Of a DNA stretch of 64,000 bases, positions 59,769 through 64,000 are shown one piece after another. The stretch comes from Patescibacteria group bacterium. Its GTDB lineage: Bacteria; Patescibacteriota; Dojkabacteria; J137. The notes beneath the pieces were generated by a model, which was not told where the DNA came from, made no database searches, and saw nothing but the letters and a program-made list of their open reading frames with translations. Positions within the stretch are counted from its first letter, which is position 1. Each line of letters opens with the position of its first letter. The position numbers were made by a program, and so were the translations under genes. The stretch covers positions 395,569-459,568 of the forward strand of contig BOLA01000001.1 in assembly GCA_016861265.1 (NCBI GenBank), given 5' to 3'.

Positions 59769-60860
59769 TTATTTCTCGTCCTTTTTTACTTCCTTTTTTT
59801 CTACTTCTACACCTTTAACAATATCTATTAACTTAGCCAAGCCTCGTTCTCTAGTCATTATCGTTCTTAGATAATCCTTATTAGATTGGTTCTTGTATCT
59901 AGCTCTTAGTTGTTTGTCCTCCATTTTTTCAATCTCAGCCTCAACTTCTTCTTCTGTTGCAACCAATCCTTCCTTTACTGCCAAATTAACCAGAAGTAAG
60001 TCACTAGAAATTCTTGCCTTGGCATCTGCAGCCCAGTGGCTTCTCATTTCCTCTATTGTTGTTCCTTGAGTCTGAATATAGTTCTCTAGGCTTAATTTAA
60101 TCTGTTTTAATCTTGATTTAAAGTCTTCTTCTAAACCCGCAACCTGATCATCTATCATTTCATGCGGTACGTGAAAGTTTGCAGCTTTTATAGCCTCGTC
60201 TAATACCTTATTAGTATATTCAGTATCTGATTGTTGTTTCTTTAGAGTCTTTAATGTCTCACGTACATTTTGTTTTAATTCATCTAAAGTCTTAGAATCT
60301 TCGTACTTTAATTCCTTAATTAACTCGTCTGTTAACTCAAAATCCTTAACATCAGAATCTTTATCTCCTTCTTTTCTTTCTACAAATTTAATCTTATCTT
60401 CTGAAACATTATTTCTAACCATATTCTTAATTACATCCTCAACCTCTTTCTCTGTTATTTCTGTCTTAGGTTCATCAACCTTAATACCTTTAAAATCTTC
60501 TGGTCTTATTACAGGTTGAGTAACAACCTCGAATGTAAATAAAACTCCATGCTCTTTGTCTAATTCCTTTAAATCATAATGCAAGTGAGAAATTGGCGAA
60601 AGCTCCTCTTTTACCATAACTTCCTCTGCAAAATCGGGAAGAATTAGATTAATTGCTCTACTAAAAATCTTAGTAGCAACTTCTTTTTCAATCATTTCTC
60701 TTGGAGCCTGTCCTGGTCTAAATCCGGGTATCTTTACATTCGCAGCCTCAATTTTAAAAGCTCTATCCTCATATTTTTGAAATTCTGAGTAGTCAACAGT
60801 AACTTCGTAGGTGAATTTATTTCGATCTTCTTCAATTCGTTTAAATTTATAATTTTCCAT
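59769..60860 (-). CDS. tig: trigger factor lacking most of the FKBP PPIase domain
   Basis: IPGFRPG.AP ribosome-binding motif, C-terminal SurA-like domain, only 363 aa. Confidence 0.9.
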   Translation of the reverse strand: MENYKFKRIEEDRNKFTYEVTVDYSEFQKYEDRAFKIEAANVKIPGFRPGQAPREMIEKEVATKIFSRAINLILPDFAEEVMVKEELSPISHLHYDLKELDKEHGVLFTFEVVTQPVIRPEDFKGIKVDEPKTEITEKEVEDVIKNMVRNNVSEDKIKFVERKEGDKDSDVKDFELTDELIKELKYEDSKTLDELKQNVRETLKTLKKQQSDTEYTNKVLDEAIKAANFHVPHEMIDDQVAGLEEDFKSRLKQIKLSLENYIQTQGTTIEEMRSHWAADAKARISSDLLLVNLAVKEGLVATEEEVEAEIEKMEDKQLRARYKNQSNKDYLRTIMTRERGLAKLIDIVKGVEVEKKEVKKDEK

Positions 60861-60945
60861 ATATTTGTTTTAACATTTAGCTTTGCAATGATACCAAAAA
60901 ATGGGCTTTTTAGCGAGTGGAAAGCTTGTAGGGATTGAGTACTAA

Positions 60946-60969
60946 AAAAGTGCCATTTCTGGCACTTTT
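60946..60969 (-). terminator. intrinsic terminator
   Basis: AAAAGTGCCA-TTTC-TGGCACTTTT. Confidence 0.8.
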
Positions 60970-60971
60970 AT

Positions 60972-61313
60972 TTAAAAGTCATCGTCTCTATATGGATTAT
61001 CTATATCGTAGTCCTGGTCCATATCTAGGAAAATATCTTCATCTTTAACATTTAGCTCCTCATCTACCCAATCTTCTTCATCTTCATCGGTAGAGTCGAC
61101 TAACATTTTTTGTGATGCTTTTTTGAAATCTTCTGCATCGTTATCTTCGGAGTCATTAACCTGAATGTCTCCCATGTTATAGGTCACATCATCACTAGCC
61201 CCCATTGTTTCTGTTGGCTCTGTATAACTTTCATCGACTGTTCTTTTTGCTCTTCTTTTTCTAGGTGCCGCATCCTCTAAATCTGTATTTAAAGTCTTTT
61301 TGGTTTTTGCCAT
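60972..61313 (-). CDS. small protein with basic N-terminus and very acidic body
   Basis: MAKTKK..PRKRRAKR followed by D/E-rich sequence; own promoter and terminator. Confidence 0.8.
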   Translation of the reverse strand: MAKTKKTLNTDLEDAAPRKRRAKRTVDESYTEPTETMGASDDVTYNMGDIQVNDSEDNDAEDFKKASQKMLVDSTDEDEEDWVDEELNVKDEDIFLDMDQDYDIDNPYRDDDF

Positions 61314-61351
61314 ATTTTTGTTTTGTCTAATAGTTACAATTTACTTGGAGG

Positions 61352-61380
61352 AAGATAAACCAAAAAAGGGATTTTGTCAA
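61352..61380 (-). promoter_or_regulatory. sigma70 promoter
   Basis: TTGACA-17 nt-TATCTT. Confidence 0.7.
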
Positions 61381-61444
61381 TTAAATTTAAATCTTCCTTG
61401 CTGAGTGTTAAATAACAAGGATATAATCCCAGTAAGCGATTCCG

Positions 61445-62524
61445 CTATTCTCCCCATTCATTAAGCAATCTTTGTGCAGCAGATTTCCAGGAATATGTGG
61501 CAATAATAGAATTAGAATTTACATTCTCAAACTCTAGAAGTCTTTCCATAGCAGCCGCAATTTCTATGGAACTTGCATTTGGATCAATGTACTCACCTTG
61601 AATATTCAATTCATTATATACGCCAATATTTGAGGCTAGAACCGCCTTATTTCGAGCATTAGCCTCAATCAAAGGTAATCCGAAACCTTCATAAAAGCTT
61701 AAGTTCACTACGAACCTTGAAAGATCGTATACATAAGGCAAATCGTTATCAGGGACGTAACCTAGAAAGATCACGCTATCCTTTAAATTTAACTCCTCTA
61801 CTAGCTTAAAAATACTTTCATAGAACCAGCCTTTTTTTCCGGCAATAACTAATTTATACGCAGGTCTACTATTTAAGAATTCCTTGAACCCTCTAATTAA
61901 TGACCCTATGTTTTTTCTTGGCTCCAATGTTCCTACGAACAAAATATATTCCTCTGGAAGTCCATACTTATGAATAATCTCTTCTTTGTTCGAATCACTA
62001 CTTGAAGTAAACACCCACTCATGAAGTCCTTCAGAAATTAAAGTTACTTTTGGCTTAATGTTACTAAAGTACTTCCTAAGTTCTGACTCTACCGATTTAG
62101 AAGGAACTATAACTAGTCCTTTTCGTCTTAAAAGGATTCTTAGTTCTAACCTATACAACAAATTACCTTTCTTACGAAAAAATTCAGGACGTGCAATTTG
62201 AGCAATATCGTGAATTACAGTTGTGCAATTACTCAGTACGCAACCCCAAAACAAATTAGAAGGAGATAAAAACTTATCTAATTTGAGCTTCCAAATGCTA
62301 GGAAGACATTTAAGCATCCACTTTAGATTACCGGTACCTGCTATCTCAATTACCCTAAAATTATCTGAAAGTTTAAGATCCTCTAGGAGGTTTCTATTGT
62401 ATGTAAATAAATAATATTCATTTTTTTTATCAATCGTAGACAATGCTTCTATTAAGCTATAGGCATAGTAACCAATACCCGCCTTGTTACTATCAACCAT
62501 TGATGCATCAATTCCTATTCTCAT
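61445..62524 (-). CDS. GT4 glycosyltransferase
   Basis: MRIGIDA, GIG.Y, IHD, VGTLEPRKN, S.YEGFGLP.IEA. Confidence 0.93.
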   Translation of the reverse strand: MRIGIDASMVDSNKAGIGYYAYSLIEALSTIDKKNEYYLFTYNRNLLEDLKLSDNFRVIEIAGTGNLKWMLKCLPSIWKLKLDKFLSPSNLFWGCVLSNCTTVIHDIAQIARPEFFRKKGNLLYRLELRILLRRKGLVIVPSKSVESELRKYFSNIKPKVTLISEGLHEWVFTSSSDSNKEEIIHKYGLPEEYILFVGTLEPRKNIGSLIRGFKEFLNSRPAYKLVIAGKKGWFYESIFKLVEELNLKDSVIFLGYVPDNDLPYVYDLSRFVVNLSFYEGFGLPLIEANARNKAVLASNIGVYNELNIQGEYIDPNASSIEIAAAMERLLEFENVNSNSIIATYSWKSAAQRLLNEWGE

Positions 62525-62582
62525 AAGTGTATTTTAATTAATTCAATTATACTTTAGAAACTTCCCTGTTAAAATTAGATTT

Positions 62583-63671
62583 ATGCTTAATCATATTGTA
62601 ATTAAAAACTATAGAAATATTACTTCCTTAAACACCAAGGTGTTAGAAGGGGGAAATTTGATAATAGCTCCGAATGGCTCAGGAAAGACAAATGCATTGG
62701 AATCTATTTATTATTCAGTACTGGGTGAGTCTTTTAAACCCATGGAAACCAACTCCGAGGTAATTGGCCCTTCTCAGGAATTTGCCAAAGTATCTACTAA
62801 ATGGGACAGTGATTCTCTTGATGTAACAATCTCAAATAATCAGAAACTCATTCGCAACTTTCAACTTAATACAAAGAAAACAATAATCAGTAAAATAAGT
62901 CCCAAATTCCCAGTAATTCTGTTTGCTCCACATACCGTGGATCTAGTAATCGGGGAACCTCAGATCCGCAGATCAGACCTTAATGCCTTTTTAAGTATAT
63001 TAAATCCTGAATACAAGAAAATCCTAAGTAAATATACAACTGTACTTAAAAATAGAAATGCAGTAATAAAACAAATTAGAGAAGGGAAGGTTCCGGAAAA
63101 GATGCTAGAATTTTGGACCGAAAAATTAATTGAGGATGGCACAGAAATATATAGTTATAGGTTAGATTTTTTTACTCAGATTAAGTCCTTCTTTCTTGAC
63201 GCACAAATGGTTCTATTTGGATTAGAAAACTTTACTTTAGGCATTGAATATATCCCTAACATTTCGCCAACTGAATTTGATTTTAAAACTACAATTACAC
63301 AAAAATTTATAAATAATAGAAGTAAGGAAATTATTGTAGGTAAAACTCTTTATGGTGTTCACAAGGACGATTACACAATATTATTGAATAATCAGAACTT
63401 AAAATTCAAGGGTTCAAGAGGTCAACAAAGAATTGGAATTAGTGTTTTAAAATTTGCGGAGTTACTTCTCTATTTTAAGAAATTTGGAGTTTATCCATTA
63501 TTATTGTTAGACGACATTATGTCTGAACTCGATGATGTTAACAGAAGCAAGATTGCAGGCTACTTGCTCGAAAAGAAACTACAATTTATATTAACCTCGG
63601 CTGAGCAAAAGGAGGTACCGGCAATCTTGCGTAATAATTGTAATATTATTGACCTAAGCTTAGCTGAATAA
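62583..63671 (+). CDS. recF: DNA replication/repair protein RecF
   Basis: NYRN, PNGSGKTN.LE, G.P..RR, G.HKDD, SRGQQR, LLLDD.MSELD. Confidence 0.95.
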   Translation: MLNHIVIKNYRNITSLNTKVLEGGNLIIAPNGSGKTNALESIYYSVLGESFKPMETNSEVIGPSQEFAKVSTKWDSDSLDVTISNNQKLIRNFQLNTKKTIISKISPKFPVILFAPHTVDLVIGEPQIRRSDLNAFLSILNPEYKKILSKYTTVLKNRNAVIKQIREGKVPEKMLEFWTEKLIEDGTEIYSYRLDFFTQIKSFFLDAQMVLFGLENFTLGIEYIPNISPTEFDFKTTITQKFINNRSKEIIVGKTLYGVHKDDYTILLNNQNLKFKGSRGQQRIGISVLKFAELLLYFKKFGVYPLLLLDDIMSELDDVNRSKIAGYLLEKKLQFILTSAEQKEVPAILRNNCNIIDLSLAE

Positions 63672-63992
63672 CATTTTGAAATCTTCGATGGTCTCTATTT
63701 CTGATAAAGAAACATACACATCTAGAATTTCTTCACTCACAATATTTTCCACGTCGCTAAATCTTTTTAATTCATCGGTATTCATGTCTGATTTTACTGC
63801 CGATTTTTTTGTGTTAATTACTCCATCTCCCGGTGAATTAACCTGAAATACATATACATTCTTACAATTAGTACACTCAAGCTTACATACAATTTTATCT
63901 ATATCTACATTCACAACCTCTAAATCGCCCTTTAAATGCTTGTGTCCGCATTTATCGCAATAATGAGGCATTAAAGATGCTATTTGTTGCAT
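63660..63992 (-). CDS. hypothetical zinc-ribbon protein
   Basis: CDKC...CTNC. Confidence 0.65.
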   Translation of the reverse strand: MQQIASLMPHYCDKCGHKHLKGDLEVVNVDIDKIVCKLECTNCKNVYVFQVNSPGDGVINTKKSAVKSDMNTDELKRFSDVENIVSEEILDVYVSLSEIETIEDFKMLFS

Positions 63993-64000
63993 TAATTGTG

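Noticed and set aside
59769-60860. Short trigger factor as a pseudogene
   Set aside because: The frame is intact with N- and C-domains; loss of the PPIase domain is compatible with chaperone function.
1965-63142. Many short ORFs antisense or internal to recognised genes (e.g. 1965, 2725, 3149, 7398, 14249, 22436, 40709, 42852, 53582, 56600, 58805)
   Set aside because: They overlap better-supported genes and have no motifs or start signals.
1-64000. CRISPR array, tRNA/rRNA, T-box, prophage, alternative genetic code
   Set aside because: No repeat-spacer pattern, cloverleaf, T-box consensus or phage core genes seen by eye; long ORFs are intact under code 11. A covariance-model scan was not possible.

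Overview
AT-rich (about one-third GC by eye), gene-dense chromosomal segment using the standard genetic code. Gene content suggests a Patescibacteria/CPR bacterium, possibly Dojkabacteria/WS6 (inference from archaeal-type PyrH, short trigger factor, SDR-DUF4012-like fusion and many GT-C enzymes). It holds housekeeping genes (dnaG 5' end, rpiB, greA, nfo, gatB, pyrH, rnj, htpX, hisS, rpe, tsaC-tsaE fusion, galU, manC, trpS, tig, recF) and a ~26 kb surface-glycan locus (17.3-43.3 kb: GT2/GT4, six GT-C, Uxs, GtrA, Wzm/Wzt) interrupted by a fibre/membrane-protein/LasA-like cassette. A frameshifted, truncated surface-protein gene lies at 50.6-52.9 kb. I saw no rRNA, tRNA, CRISPR array or transposase. 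The main signals missing from the ORF track are: (1) leaderless His- and Trp-containing leader peptides upstream of hisS and trpS, the hisS one with a complete 1:2/2:3/3:4 attenuator; (2) four GC-rich, Shine-Dalgarno-led orphan mini-cassettes, each with a promoter-like sequence and a 3' GC hairpin, in a genome whose other genes mostly lack SD and are often leaderless; (3) a 57-aa Hc2/histone-H1-like protein.
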